A stretch of DNA of 31,858 nt, from IMG/VR virus record IMGVR_UViG_3300033076_000872, positions 1 through 31,858 of that record, one strand, 5' to 3'. Positions 19,236 through 27,610 of this stretch are shown here, in pieces (the first letter of the stretch is position 1; every line of letters starts with the position of its first letter). The position numbers and the translations under genes are program-made. The notes beneath the pieces are model-generated. The model was not told where the DNA came from, did not search any database, and saw only the letters and a list, made by a program, of their open reading frames with translations. The DNA comes from a virus. Taxonomy: Duplodnaviria > Caudoviricetes.

Positions 19236-19490
19236 TTAGCATTTCCATGCCCGAAGGCTTTTGTTGATACGGCTGTTGGGGTCCTTGGCTGTCTTCTCAG
19301 AAGTCAGCTTGGCCTTCATGCCAGACATGCGCGCGCAGAATGATTTCTTGCGAGCACCGCCTTCGGGCTGTGGAGCCTTCAAACCCGGCTTACCAGGGTT
19401 CGCCTTGTTGTACGAGGCACGCCCCTTAGCGTTCAGGCCGCCCTTCTCGGACTTGCCTTCTTTGCGCTGCCATGCAGGTGTCTTAGCCAT
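19236..19490 (-). CDS. Small basic protein, 84 aa
   Basis: AWQRKEGK..GGLNAKGRASY...SFCARM...SLRAWKC; coupled stop/start. Confidence 0.75.
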   Translation of the reverse strand: MAKTPAWQRKEGKSEKGGLNAKGRASYNKANPGKPGLKAPQPEGGARKKSFCARMSGMKAKLTSEKTAKDPNSRINKSLRAWKC

Positions 19491-19723
19491 TATCTGAACC
19501 CCTTGGTCTTTGCCGCCACTTTGGGTGGCTGCTTCACAAATTGCTTCCCTGCCGCCTTGCCTTTGCGCTTGGCCGCAGTAGTTGCTGCATATTCTGCTGG
19601 AGACAAAGCCTTGATTGCTTTCTCAGGCAAATAGCGCTCACCCGTCTTGGAAGACGGCTTGCCGGATTTGGTGGTCCACTTCTGAGCAGTCCAATCCTTG
19701 AGCGATTTCTGAGGGGCTTTCAA
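19490..19723 (-). CDS. Small basic protein, 77 aa
   Basis: TTG start after GGAGG; SLKDWTAQKW...GERYLP. Confidence 0.72.
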   Translation of the reverse strand: MKAPQKSLKDWTAQKWTTKSGKPSSKTGERYLPEKAIKALSPAEYAATTAAKRKGKAAGKQFVKQPPKVAAKTKGFR

Positions 19724-19908
19724 TCCTTGTACCCTCCGCCAGCGGCCTTGTACTTCTTGGCGACAAGCTGCGCTTTACGCGCAGACCATTGCCCAGCTTT
19801 CGTGCCTTGTGTGGCCGCGGCTTTTACCTGAGACACGATCTTCTTGCGAAGGCTCGGCTTTGTGTAGTTACCTGCGGCGTTGACCTTGGAGCTGGACTTG
19901 GTAGCCAT
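19720..19908 (-). CDS. Small basic protein, 62 aa
   Basis: NYTKPSLR...GQWSARKAQ...YKAAGGGY; overlapping stop/start. Confidence 0.72.
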   Translation of the reverse strand: MATKSSSKVNAAGNYTKPSLRKKIVSQVKAAATQGTKAGQWSARKAQLVAKKYKAAGGGYKD

Positions 19909-20180
19909 TACTTGAACCCCTTGAGCGTCTCAGCGAGACGTGCGCGTTGGCCGAGCTTGCCAGGCTTTTTAGCCGCGGCAGCCAGCTTCTTCGCTGGGAT
20001 TTTTTCGCCTTTGGGAACACCCATCTGCTCATGGAGAGCACCGGGCTTCTTGATGGCGTCTTTAATCCAACCACCCTTGGCGTACTTCATGACCTTGTTC
20101 GGGTCGTCTTTACGCTCGATGGTGGTTGGTTTAGGCATCTTGGAGGGGGCGATGTCCCCCATACCGCGACTGGCCATCAT
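19908..20180 (-). CDS. Small basic protein, 90 aa
   Basis: Likely start MMASRGMG at 20180; WIKDAIKKPGALH...RARLAETL. Confidence 0.7.
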   Translation of the reverse strand: MMASRGMGDIAPSKMPKPTTIERKDDPNKVMKYAKGGWIKDAIKKPGALHEQMGVPKGEKIPAKKLAAAAKKPGKLGQRARLAETLKGFK

Positions 20181-20185
20181 GATGA

Positions 20186-20440
20186 TTACTTCTTCTTGGC
20201 CATGCCGCCACCGCACATGCCGAGTGGCTTGCCACCCTTCATGACGATCTGCTTACCTTTGGTTTTACCCTTGGCGGCGATACCGTCTTTGCTTGGAGCA
20301 GCAGTACGGACTGAACCCATTTTGGCCTTAGTGATGCCGTTGTTCTTTGTAGCCATGATTTGGCCTCCTTCTTTGAAAAGTTGATTAGACCCGTGATCGG
20401 TCTTGCGTTGGTTTACCTTCTGAAGATCAGCTCTCGCCAT
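20186..20440 (-). CDS. Small basic protein, 84 aa (in-frame internal start at 20356 gives 56 aa)
   Basis: ATG at 20440 after GGGGG; second ATG at 20356 after AAGGAGG; DGIAAKGKTKG motif. Confidence 0.65.
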   Translation of the reverse strand: MARADLQKVNQRKTDHGSNQLFKEGGQIMATKNNGITKAKMGSVRTAAPSKDGIAAKGKTKGKQIVMKGGKPLGMCGGGMAKKK

Positions 20441-20633
20441 CTTCGCCCCCTTTGCGACCCAACAAACGCTGGACCGTATTGGTCTCGTAGATACGGATGC
20501 CCGTCCAGACAATCGTAAAAAGTGCGGCGATTGAGGGAAGCATTTCGATCAGTGTTCCAACAGTAGCAATGACAGACACCCCGTCAACAAGGTGCTTCAA
20601 TGACTCGTCCATGTTTGCGAATGGGTCTTTCAT
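20427..20633 (-). CDS. Small membrane protein, possible holin, 68 aa
   Basis: TAAGGT SD; hydrophobic stretch VSVIATVGTLIEMLPSIAALFTIVWTGI and a charged C-terminus. Confidence 0.6.
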   Translation of the reverse strand: MKDPFANMDESLKHLVDGVSVIATVGTLIEMLPSIAALFTIVWTGIRIYETNTVQRLLGRKGGEDGES

Positions 20634-20641
20634 GTGGCACC

Positions 20642-20932
20642 TTAACCGTAGAAAACAGTCACACTTGCAATGTTCGTCAGTGTGGCGTAAACGTTGGTTG
20701 TGAACAACACACCTTCTTGCGGGATGGCCACATAGAAAGAGTTTGGATTTGAGTTCGACGGGATGTCGATCTCAATCCGAGTTGTTCCGCTAGAACCGCC
20801 GTCTTTCAACAGAAGTGTGCCTGCTTGGCTTGCGGTTGCGCAGATAGAAAAGCCTTTGACACGTGTGCGCTGGTCGTAAATAGACCCTGAAGCGTTAACG
20901 TGCTTGGACTGTACGTCGCCTTGCATTGTCAT
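20642..20932 (-). CDS. Small beta-rich virion protein, 96 aa
   Basis: AAAGGAG SD; in the head module. Confidence 0.7.
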   Translation of the reverse strand: MTMQGDVQSKHVNASGSIYDQRTRVKGFSICATASQAGTLLLKDGGSSGTTRIEIDIPSNSNPNSFYVAIPQEGVLFTTNVYATLTNIASVTVFYG

Positions 20933-20945
20933 ATCAATCTCCTTT

Positions 20946-20967
20946 AAAACAGGGGGCCGAAGCCCCC
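20946..20967 (-). terminator. Intrinsic terminator/attenuator with a cUUCGg tetraloop
   Basis: GGGGGC-TTCG-GCCCCC followed by TGTTTT, just before the next SD. Confidence 0.75.
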
Positions 20968-20975
20968 GAGATCAA

Positions 20976-21377
20976 TTAGGCTGCAACAGCGCCATTCAAA
21001 GCAACGATTGCCCAACCAGCAGCGGTGTACACCAACATGGCAGACTCACCAACGTTTGTGAACGTGATGGTGGAGAAACCAATTTTTGTGGTGGGGGTCA
21101 AGACTGCGGAACCGCCATCAACCACGTGAGTGATGATCTTGATTTCGCCAGCAGAACCGTTGGCCAAAGTCAAGGCTTGTGCTGAACCAGTGGTTGTCAG
21201 GGCAGTGAAAGCGGAAGTCACGTTGACTGCGCCGGCGCCAGACAAAGATTGTGTGTTGAGAACAACAGCGTCACCGAAAGCTGCGTCGATGGTGACTGCA
21301 CCAGTAGTAGCGTCTGTGGTGATGGATTGGAAGCCGTTTTCGGACCGTACTGGGCCGGTGAATGTGGTATTAGCCAT
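20976..21377 (-). CDS. Putative capsid decoration/head fibre protein, 133 aa
   Basis: TAAGGA SD; MANTTFTGPVRSENGF start; follows the major capsid gene. Confidence 0.7.
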   Translation of the reverse strand: MANTTFTGPVRSENGFQSITTDATTGAVTIDAAFGDAVVLNTQSLSGAGAVNVTSAFTALTTTGSAQALTLANGSAGEIKIITHVVDGGSAVLTPTTKIGFSTITFTNVGESAMLVYTAAGWAIVALNGAVAA

Positions 21378-21384
21378 GTGTTTT

Positions 21385-21460
21385 CCTTACATGCAAGTTA
21401 GGCGTATCTGTCTGCATGTCGTCGGCCCCGGAGCCGTCAGATACACCGGGATTCCCGGGA
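21385..21460 (-). ncRNA. Structured RNA with chained pseudoknots, probable Mu-gpT-DE-type element
   Basis: Three interleaved helices (A-B-A'-C-B'-C') with G-U pairs valid only on the minus strand; directly downstream of a Mu gpT-like capsid gene. Confidence 0.65.
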
Positions 21461-21477
21461 TGGGTTGAATATACTCC

Positions 21478-21509
21478 AAAAGAAAAGGGAGCACAAGGCT
21501 CCCTTTTCT
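21478..21509 (-). terminator. Intrinsic terminator after the major capsid gene (possibly bidirectional)
   Basis: AGAAAAGGGAGC-CTTGT-GCTCCCTTTTCT-TTT. Confidence 0.85.
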
Positions 21510-21521
21510 AGTTTTTGCCGA

Positions 21522-22451
21522 TTAGGCGCCGGCAGAACCCCAAACACCGAGGGGGTCAGACCAACCGAAGCTGTAACGCTCGCGAGCCTTGTAACGCACG
21601 TTGCCAGTGTCAAAGTCACCGTCCATGCTGTTAGTCAAAGCGGAACGCTCGAAGTGCTTCAAGCCGTTTGGCACGTCAGTCGTCAAGAACCAGGCATTGC
21701 TGTCGGTCAAGAAGTGGTTGACGGTGTAGCCACCAGGGATAGCACCCATTTGCTTCAACGCGTTGATGTCGTTGTCAGCAGTACCGACGCGGAGTTCGGT
21801 ATCCAACAAACGCTTAGCAACGAACATCAAGGCAGGTGGAATCACCATCTTGACTGGCTTAGCAGCGATCAACAGACCGCGTTCATCAGTCCACGCAGCG
21901 ATTTGAATCACAGCGTTTTCCAATGATGTCTCGTTCAAGTCAACGCCTGTGGTTGGGCTGTTGTAGTTCACGCCGCCGTTAACCAGTGGGTGACCAACAC
22001 GTGAGCCGCCAGAGCTGACGCCGAACAAAGAAACACCGTCACCACCCAAGTAGCTACCGCTGAAACCGTTGTTGATAACGGCAGCAGCTTTCACTTGCTT
22101 GGTATAGGCCATGGCGCGAGCCAAAGACTTGGTGTAACGAGCAGACAGGCTGTCGTACAAGTTGTCTTCAATCGCTTCTTCAGTGATCGAGAAACCCAAG
22201 GCGATGGTTTCGTGGTTGTAGCGCGCTGTGAACGCTTCTTGCGCATTGTCATAAGCAATGGCAGAACCTTCGTTCTTAACAGGAGCTGCACCGAAGCCGG
22301 CCAACTTGGTTTCTTCTTCGAAGCTACGCTCAGATTTCTCTGTTTCGTAGATTTCTTTGTGCTCTTCGCCGTAGCGTGCGTACTCCATGCCGAACAAAGC
22401 GTTCAGGCCGGGCAGCAATTCTTTGAGCAGTTGTGCGCGTGAAATAGCCAT
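21522..22451 (-). CDS. Major capsid protein (HK97 fold, Mu gpT-like family), 309 aa
   Basis: AGGAG SD; MAISRAQLLKELLPGLNALFG...YKARERYSFGWSDP; follows scaffold and cement genes and is followed by a terminator. Confidence 0.9.
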   Translation of the reverse strand: MAISRAQLLKELLPGLNALFGMEYARYGEEHKEIYETEKSERSFEEETKLAGFGAAPVKNEGSAIAYDNAQEAFTARYNHETIALGFSITEEAIEDNLYDSLSARYTKSLARAMAYTKQVKAAAVINNGFSGSYLGGDGVSLFGVSSGGSRVGHPLVNGGVNYNSPTTGVDLNETSLENAVIQIAAWTDERGLLIAAKPVKMVIPPALMFVAKRLLDTELRVGTADNDINALKQMGAIPGGYTVNHFLTDSNAWFLTTDVPNGLKHFERSALTNSMDGDFDTGNVRYKARERYSFGWSDPLGVWGSAGA

Positions 22452-22465
22452 TTATGTGCTCCTAA

Positions 22466-23086
22466 TTAGACGCCGACAGCGTTGCTATAGCTGTGGTAGC
22501 CGGGGTTGAACTTCACCAACACGTCTGTGTAAGCGTCGCCCACTTGAGAAGTGGTGCTGTTCACGAAACCAACGATGCGGAAAGCAGCGGTGGTAGTCAC
22601 AGAAGATGCCGACACGGCAACGTTGCTGTTACCAGTGGTGGTAGAGCCTGTGCTAGTGGACTGAGCGTTAGCCAAGAACACGTTGTTACCCAAAGTTGTT
22701 TGGGCCAAAGAGCCGTTAGCTTGCACTTGGAACACTGTGCGGTCGTCGTCGATCACCAAAGCACTCACCACACCAGTTGTGTTGGCAGGGTAGTACTGAG
22801 AGTAGATGATTTGACCTTGTGCGTTGACGTACGAGCAACCCACGAACACGCCGACGGCACCAGTCAAGGTACCAGAGCCTGGGAATGAGTTAGTCGTGGC
22901 ATCAGCACCAGTGCCGGTCACGAGTTGCAAATAGCCATCAGAACCAACAAACACAATGCTGCCATTGAAGATGTTGTTGCTGTAGCCAGCAGGGTTAATG
23001 AGGAACGAACGGGTGCTACCAGCATAAGGTAGGCCGCCCAACTCATTTACGGCACGGAGGCCGTAGGGAGAAGCGGTAGATGCCAT
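22466..23086 (-). CDS. Capsid cement/decoration protein, 206 aa
   Basis: AGGAG SD; PYGLRAV, GVFVGCSY and DD..VFQVQ motifs; immediately before the capsid gene. Confidence 0.7.
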   Translation of the reverse strand: MASTASPYGLRAVNELGGLPYAGSTRSFLINPAGYSNNIFNGSIVFVGSDGYLQLVTGTGADATTNSFPGSGTLTGAVGVFVGCSYVNAQGQIIYSQYYPANTTGVVSALVIDDDRTVFQVQANGSLAQTTLGNNVFLANAQSTSTGSTTTGNSNVAVSASSVTTTAAFRIVGFVNSTTSQVGDAYTDVLVKFNPGYHSYSNAVGV

Positions 23087-23101
23087 TTAAGGACTCCTAA
23101 G

Positions 23102-23554
23102 TTACTTTGAACCTGAACCAAAACCACCTCCGCGACTGGTCGTTGACTTGCGGTCGCTGAACAGAGGCATACGGGGGTCATTGTTTCGCATGAAGTGGTT
23201 GTCCACTGAATCCATCTGGTTCTGCGCTTGTTGGTTGTAGTACTCATCGCGGGCACGGGCTTGTTCGGTCAGCATCTTGCAGAGCATGAGGCCGCCAATT
23301 TCCACGTTTCCGGTCTTTTCGTTACCGAACAATTGCAGTTCTGGATGGTCCTCTGCTCGAACCGGTTGCCAGCCTTCGCGCATCTTGCGAGACACGTTGG
23401 ATGGGTCAGCCTGGCCAAGAACGTGTGTCGCAATCCAGCGATACACATAACCGGGTTCAGGTGTTGGGTCGGGCAGAGATGTCGGCGGTACGTATACAGC
23501 ACGAGCATTTTTTTCGCGTGATGTCAAATCACGAGGTGTACGGTTTTCAGCCAT
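23102..23554 (-). CDS. Head-module protein of unknown function, 150 aa
   Basis: Start MAENRTPR after GGAG; PGYVYRWI...REGWQPV...IGGLMLCK. Confidence 0.75.
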   Translation of the reverse strand: MAENRTPRDLTSREKNARAVYVPPTSLPDPTPEPGYVYRWIATHVLGQADPSNVSRKMREGWQPVRAEDHPELQLFGNEKTGNVEIGGLMLCKMLTEQARARDEYYNQQAQNQMDSVDNHFMRNNDPRMPLFSDRKSTTSRGGGFGSGSK

Positions 23555-24515
23555 TTGATTTCTCCATTTTTGCCAATTCGGCGGCATATTGTTGAGGGGT
23601 AAGTCCAAACTTCTTCGCAAGTGCAACCTGCGTTGATGTCAATTGGATTTTTTTCGCGCCCGTAGAGCGCGTAGCACCTGCAACAACCGTCGCTGGTTTC
23701 TTGGAGACTTCACCGGTACGCGGCTTGTCTTCGTCTACCCCGAGAATCTCAGGGAACTTTGACTTCATGCGAGCATCAATCTGCTCGAAGTAGACATCAC
23801 TGGCGGGAGTGATGCCTGAGTTCACTAGCTTTTGGTGCAGCCCTAGCGCATAGCTGGTAACTTCTTCGTACCCCGCGGAACCGAACCACTGGTTTTTAGC
23901 TTGCCAGCGCAAGGTTTTTTCGTCAAGTTGCGCGCGTTGGGGTTCGCGATGGGTAGTTTGTACCTCAACTTCACGCTCTTGTAAAGGGGGTTGCTTAAAT
24001 TTATTTGCGTCAGCCATTTTCAACTGGGCTGCCATCATCGCGGCTTGCGCCTCAACCATGGCATCAGCATCGAACGCCTCATGCGCCTCCTTGTACTTGC
24101 GCTTAGCTGCCTCCAGCTCAGACTCAGCCAATGTCTTGGCCTGAGAAATGAACTGCTCGGTACCGCTGTGCACAGTCTGCTTCAGACGTTTGTTGTCCTC
24201 AATCAGCTGTTGTGTGACCCGCTCAAGCTCTTCCTTCTCTCGGAGAATGGCCTCTTTGGCACGGCGCTCGTCGTGGCGCGCATGCGTCAGTTCCTTGATG
24301 CGTTTCTTCACGCCGTCAGAGTACGAGTCGATCTCGTCTTCTGAAGGGTCCTCCACCTCACGCTCCAATGGCTTGCGGCCACGGTCTTGCGCGGGGGTGT
24401 CATCAACAATTTCAATTTCGAAGTCGTCGGATTCGTTCGTTGAGACTTCACCGCCGGCGGCGGCTTTCTTCTCTTCGATCTCGTCCGGGAACTCGAACTC
24501 GTCTTTCAGGCTCAT
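23547..24515 (-). CDS. Putative scaffolding protein, 322 aa
   Basis: TAAGGAG SD; acidic N-terminus, long coiled coil, C-terminal helix-turn-helix (QVALAKKFGLTPQQYA). Confidence 0.75.
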   Translation of the reverse strand: MSLKDEFEFPDEIEEKKAAAGGEVSTNESDDFEIEIVDDTPAQDRGRKPLEREVEDPSEDEIDSYSDGVKKRIKELTHARHDERRAKEAILREKEELERVTQQLIEDNKRLKQTVHSGTEQFISQAKTLAESELEAAKRKYKEAHEAFDADAMVEAQAAMMAAQLKMADANKFKQPPLQEREVEVQTTHREPQRAQLDEKTLRWQAKNQWFGSAGYEEVTSYALGLHQKLVNSGITPASDVYFEQIDARMKSKFPEILGVDEDKPRTGEVSKKPATVVAGATRSTGAKKIQLTSTQVALAKKFGLTPQQYAAELAKMEKSNG

Positions 24516-24524
24516 AGTTTCTCC

Positions 24525-24974
24525 TTAAGCGCGGGTGATACCGCGGGGGTCTTGCACAACAGCTTCTACCTGATCGTCATTGAGCAGGCGGAATTCTTTT
24601 CCGAAAATTTTGAAACGCGTACCGGAATACGTACGCACGAGCACGAAGTCACCGGCCTTGCACCACGCGCCTGCGGGGAACTTGGTTGTGTCTTTATACG
24701 CGTCTGGACCCACACGCAGCACGAACAACACGGTGGTGCCGTGCTCTTCTTGACGCATGCTTGCAGCATCACGAATCAAATCGAGGGACGTGCCCGCGAT
24801 CTTCTCGTCCACTTCTGGGACCACACAGAGCAGCTTCCAACCTGTTGGCGTTGGCAGTGCACCTGCTTTGGTTTCGTTGTCAGCACCTTCATCCGGTGCG
24901 TCGACCGGTTTGATGTGCTCTGGTAGCGCGATACCTGGTGGCAGGATGAGGCCTGCTTCGTTAGGATTCGTCAT
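24525..24974 (-). CDS. groES: Co-chaperonin GroES-like protein, 149 aa
   Basis: PTGWKLL, VLRVGPDAY, GDFVL..YSGT, FRLLNDDQVEAVV pattern of Cpn10; start after GGAG. Confidence 0.85.
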   Translation of the reverse strand: MTNPNEAGLILPPGIALPEHIKPVDAPDEGADNETKAGALPTPTGWKLLCVVPEVDEKIAGTSLDLIRDAASMRQEEHGTTVLFVLRVGPDAYKDTTKFPAGAWCKAGDFVLVRTYSGTRFKIFGKEFRLLNDDQVEAVVQDPRGITRA

Positions 24975-25161
24975 TTGCTTTCTCCACTTTCGTTGCAAGG
25001 TCGATGATGTAACGCTCTGCTTGGGCTAGACCCTGAATCACCCCACAGAGTTTTTGATACTGGTCGAACGACTGGCAGACCCCGCTGGCGAGGTCGTCAC
25101 AGTAGTTGTTCATATCGGTGCGTATCTGTTCGCGCAATACGCGTGCGAATTCGGAAATCAT
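24961..25161 (-). CDS. Small helical protein between portal and GroES, 66 aa
   Basis: AGGAG SD; YQKLCGVIQGL motif; overlaps both neighbours. Confidence 0.7.
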   Translation of the reverse strand: MISEFARVLREQIRTDMNNYCDDLASGVCQSFDQYQKLCGVIQGLAQAERYIIDLATKVEKANDES

Positions 25162-27596
25162 TTAGTTGGCTTCTCCTGTGGTTGCTGTTTTTGTTGAGCC
25201 TTCTCGTGATGGCTCCGTGCGATGTCGATGCCCATGCGGACACCGTCTCGTTCTTGGTCAGCGGCGAGCTTGTCGGCTTGGCCAGCGGCCATGACTGCCA
25301 ACTTCTTCTCCTCCAACTGCAACTTGTCTGCCTGCGCGGCCGCGTCGATCTGGAGCTTCTTCTCCTTGATCGCCAACTCGCCTTGTTTGATCTGCAACTC
25401 TTGCTGTTGTATCTGCACCACAGGGTCTTGTGCTTGTTGCTGTGCCTGCTGCTGGGCAGCCTGCGCTTGGCTCTGCTGCAACACTTGTTGCGCGGCCTGG
25501 GCCATCATGTTCGACAAGGCCAACTCGACTTCCGGTGGCAGCTTCTCGTCCTCGGGTGGCAAAGCCACGCCCATCTGCTGCTCGATCTTCTGGCGGTAGG
25601 CAAAGCCAACGTGCTCGGCGATGTGTGCCATGGCAGCCGCTTGAATCTGCGCAGCCTTGGGGCTCTGGCCGATCAGCTGGGCAATCGTTGGGTCCTGCAT
25701 GGCCGACATGTGCACCTTGATGTGCGACTCGTGGTCTTGGTACATGAACGCCTTGACCGGCTCGTTCTTGAGCAACGCCATGTTCTCGGACACAGGGTCC
25801 TTGGGCTTCTGGTCGTCTTCCAACGGCACGAGCTTGTCTGCGTTCTTGATGCCCAACACCTCAAGCATCTTGCGGTGCAACTGAGGCAGGTCATAGATGT
25901 CAGGTGCCATCTGAGCCATCTGAATGACAGCTTGGTACTGCACAACGCGCTGTGACATGGTCGCAGCATTGGGGTCGCTCACGGGGATGATGTCGACGTG
26001 GTTGTAGTCAGACTTCTTCGCGCGCGGGCTGCCGCTCTCTGGCTCGTAGTTGTAGCTGTCGTCGCTGTAGTCACGAATGATCTCGGCCAGCAACTGAAGC
26101 TCTTGCTTCAAGGCGTAGTGCACGCGCGCCTGCACGGCTGTCATCACCTTGAGCTGACGCTCCAACAAAGCAAGGGTCGTGCCAACTGGGGCCTGACCAC
26201 TCATGTCGGAGATGTTCATGTCCGCGGTAGACGCAAAGCGACGGCCTTCCTCCACGATCTTGTCCATCAAGGCTGCCAAGACGCCAGATGGCTCCTTGTA
26301 TGGCAGCGGCAAGATGTTGTCGCGCATCGCGCCAGAGCCGATGTCTACATCGCGCCACTCGCCCGGTGCAATTGGAGTGTCATCACCTTTGATGCGAAGT
26401 CCCCGTGACTTGAGACCGCCGGGCAAGTTAGACAACGTTCCAGCGTCCACCAGCTGACGCATGATTGATGTGGCCGACTTGGCATAGCCTCCAATGAGAT
26501 GGAACAGACCGAAGCCATAGGCACCGAAACCAGGAATGTACTGGTAGTGCACGAAGTGTTGGCGTTTGAGGCGCAGCTCATCATCTTCCTTCCAGTTACG
26601 ACGGATGGCCAGGATGGTGCCATCACTCTTGAGCAAAGTCACGACGTATGGCAGCGCGATGCCTGTTGGCTCGCCGTCATCGTCCTTGTCTTCGTAGCCC
26701 TTGAGGTCCAAGTCCACGTGGCACTCGTAAATCTCAAAGCGCTCGTCGTTGATGTCGTTGAAGCCAGTCTCTTTGTCCTTGGCCTTCTTGATGTCGTTGG
26801 TTTCTTTGGATGGGTCTGGCAGCTCCACGTCCAAGTAGAAGCCCGCGCGCTGCAACTTGATGAGCTCGTTCTCGGTCTTGCGCATGCGGTGCGTGACGCG
26901 GTAGCACGACTGGATGTCTGAGGTGCCATACGGCAAGATCACGTCTTCCGCTGGAATGAAGATCGAAGTCTGACGGTCCAGTGATGGGTCGAAGTACACC
27001 TTCTTGAACGCAGAGCCAGTGGCCGGCAGTGACCACAGCATGCGCTCGTGCTCAGGGCGGAACTCGACCATGGTCTCAGTCAACTGGTAGTTCATGTCGG
27101 TCTCGACTCGGACCGCGGCTTCTTGTTTCGCCGGCGTCTCTTTGCCAAGTATCTTGGTGCGCACGGGGCCTTGGGCTGGGAAAGTCTCGGTGATAGTCTC
27201 CGACTGGAAGCGCACCACAGCCTCGGTAATCATGGGGTGGAACACACCGCATGCACCATTCCAAGGTTCTGTACGCTCCTCGTACTGGAGACCCAAGAGC
27301 TTTAAACCCTCGACGTACGCTTTCTCCCAGTCCTTGCGAGAGGCCAGGTCGTTCTCGATGTCACTGAGCAGGTCACCAGAGAGTGCCTCCAAGGCACTAG
27401 GCTCTACGTGCTCGGCGAGGTTTTCGTCGAAGCCTTCTGTCTCTTCACCAGGGATGATGTCGATCTCAAGACCGTCCATGCCGATCTTTACTTCCTCGGG
27501 GTCAATGATCTCGATCTCAATCGGCGCTTCATCTTGCGCGAGTTCTTCGAGACCTTGAGGCTGCTGGAACAGAGCCTTGTCGATATTGGTGGCCAT
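25158..27596 (-). CDS. Portal protein (P22-like, with Q-rich C-terminal barrel), 812 aa
   Basis: Follows TerL; TGSAFKKVY and YGFGL motifs; long Gln-rich C-terminal helix. Confidence 0.88.
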   Translation of the reverse strand: MATNIDKALFQQPQGLEELAQDEAPIEIEIIDPEEVKIGMDGLEIDIIPGEETEGFDENLAEHVEPSALEALSGDLLSDIENDLASRKDWEKAYVEGLKLLGLQYEERTEPWNGACGVFHPMITEAVVRFQSETITETFPAQGPVRTKILGKETPAKQEAAVRVETDMNYQLTETMVEFRPEHERMLWSLPATGSAFKKVYFDPSLDRQTSIFIPAEDVILPYGTSDIQSCYRVTHRMRKTENELIKLQRAGFYLDVELPDPSKETNDIKKAKDKETGFNDINDERFEIYECHVDLDLKGYEDKDDDGEPTGIALPYVVTLLKSDGTILAIRRNWKEDDELRLKRQHFVHYQYIPGFGAYGFGLFHLIGGYAKSATSIMRQLVDAGTLSNLPGGLKSRGLRIKGDDTPIAPGEWRDVDIGSGAMRDNILPLPYKEPSGVLAALMDKIVEEGRRFASTADMNISDMSGQAPVGTTLALLERQLKVMTAVQARVHYALKQELQLLAEIIRDYSDDSYNYEPESGSPRAKKSDYNHVDIIPVSDPNAATMSQRVVQYQAVIQMAQMAPDIYDLPQLHRKMLEVLGIKNADKLVPLEDDQKPKDPVSENMALLKNEPVKAFMYQDHESHIKVHMSAMQDPTIAQLIGQSPKAAQIQAAAMAHIAEHVGFAYRQKIEQQMGVALPPEDEKLPPEVELALSNMMAQAAQQVLQQSQAQAAQQQAQQQAQDPVVQIQQQELQIKQGELAIKEKKLQIDAAAQADKLQLEEKKLAVMAAGQADKLAADQERDGVRMGIDIARSHHEKAQQKQQPQEKPTK

Positions 27597-27610
27597 GATT
27601 TTCGTTTTCC

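Noticed and set aside
21510-21540. Capsid frameshift or readthrough extension
   Set aside because: TAA is followed directly by a strong terminator, and no slippery site precedes the stop
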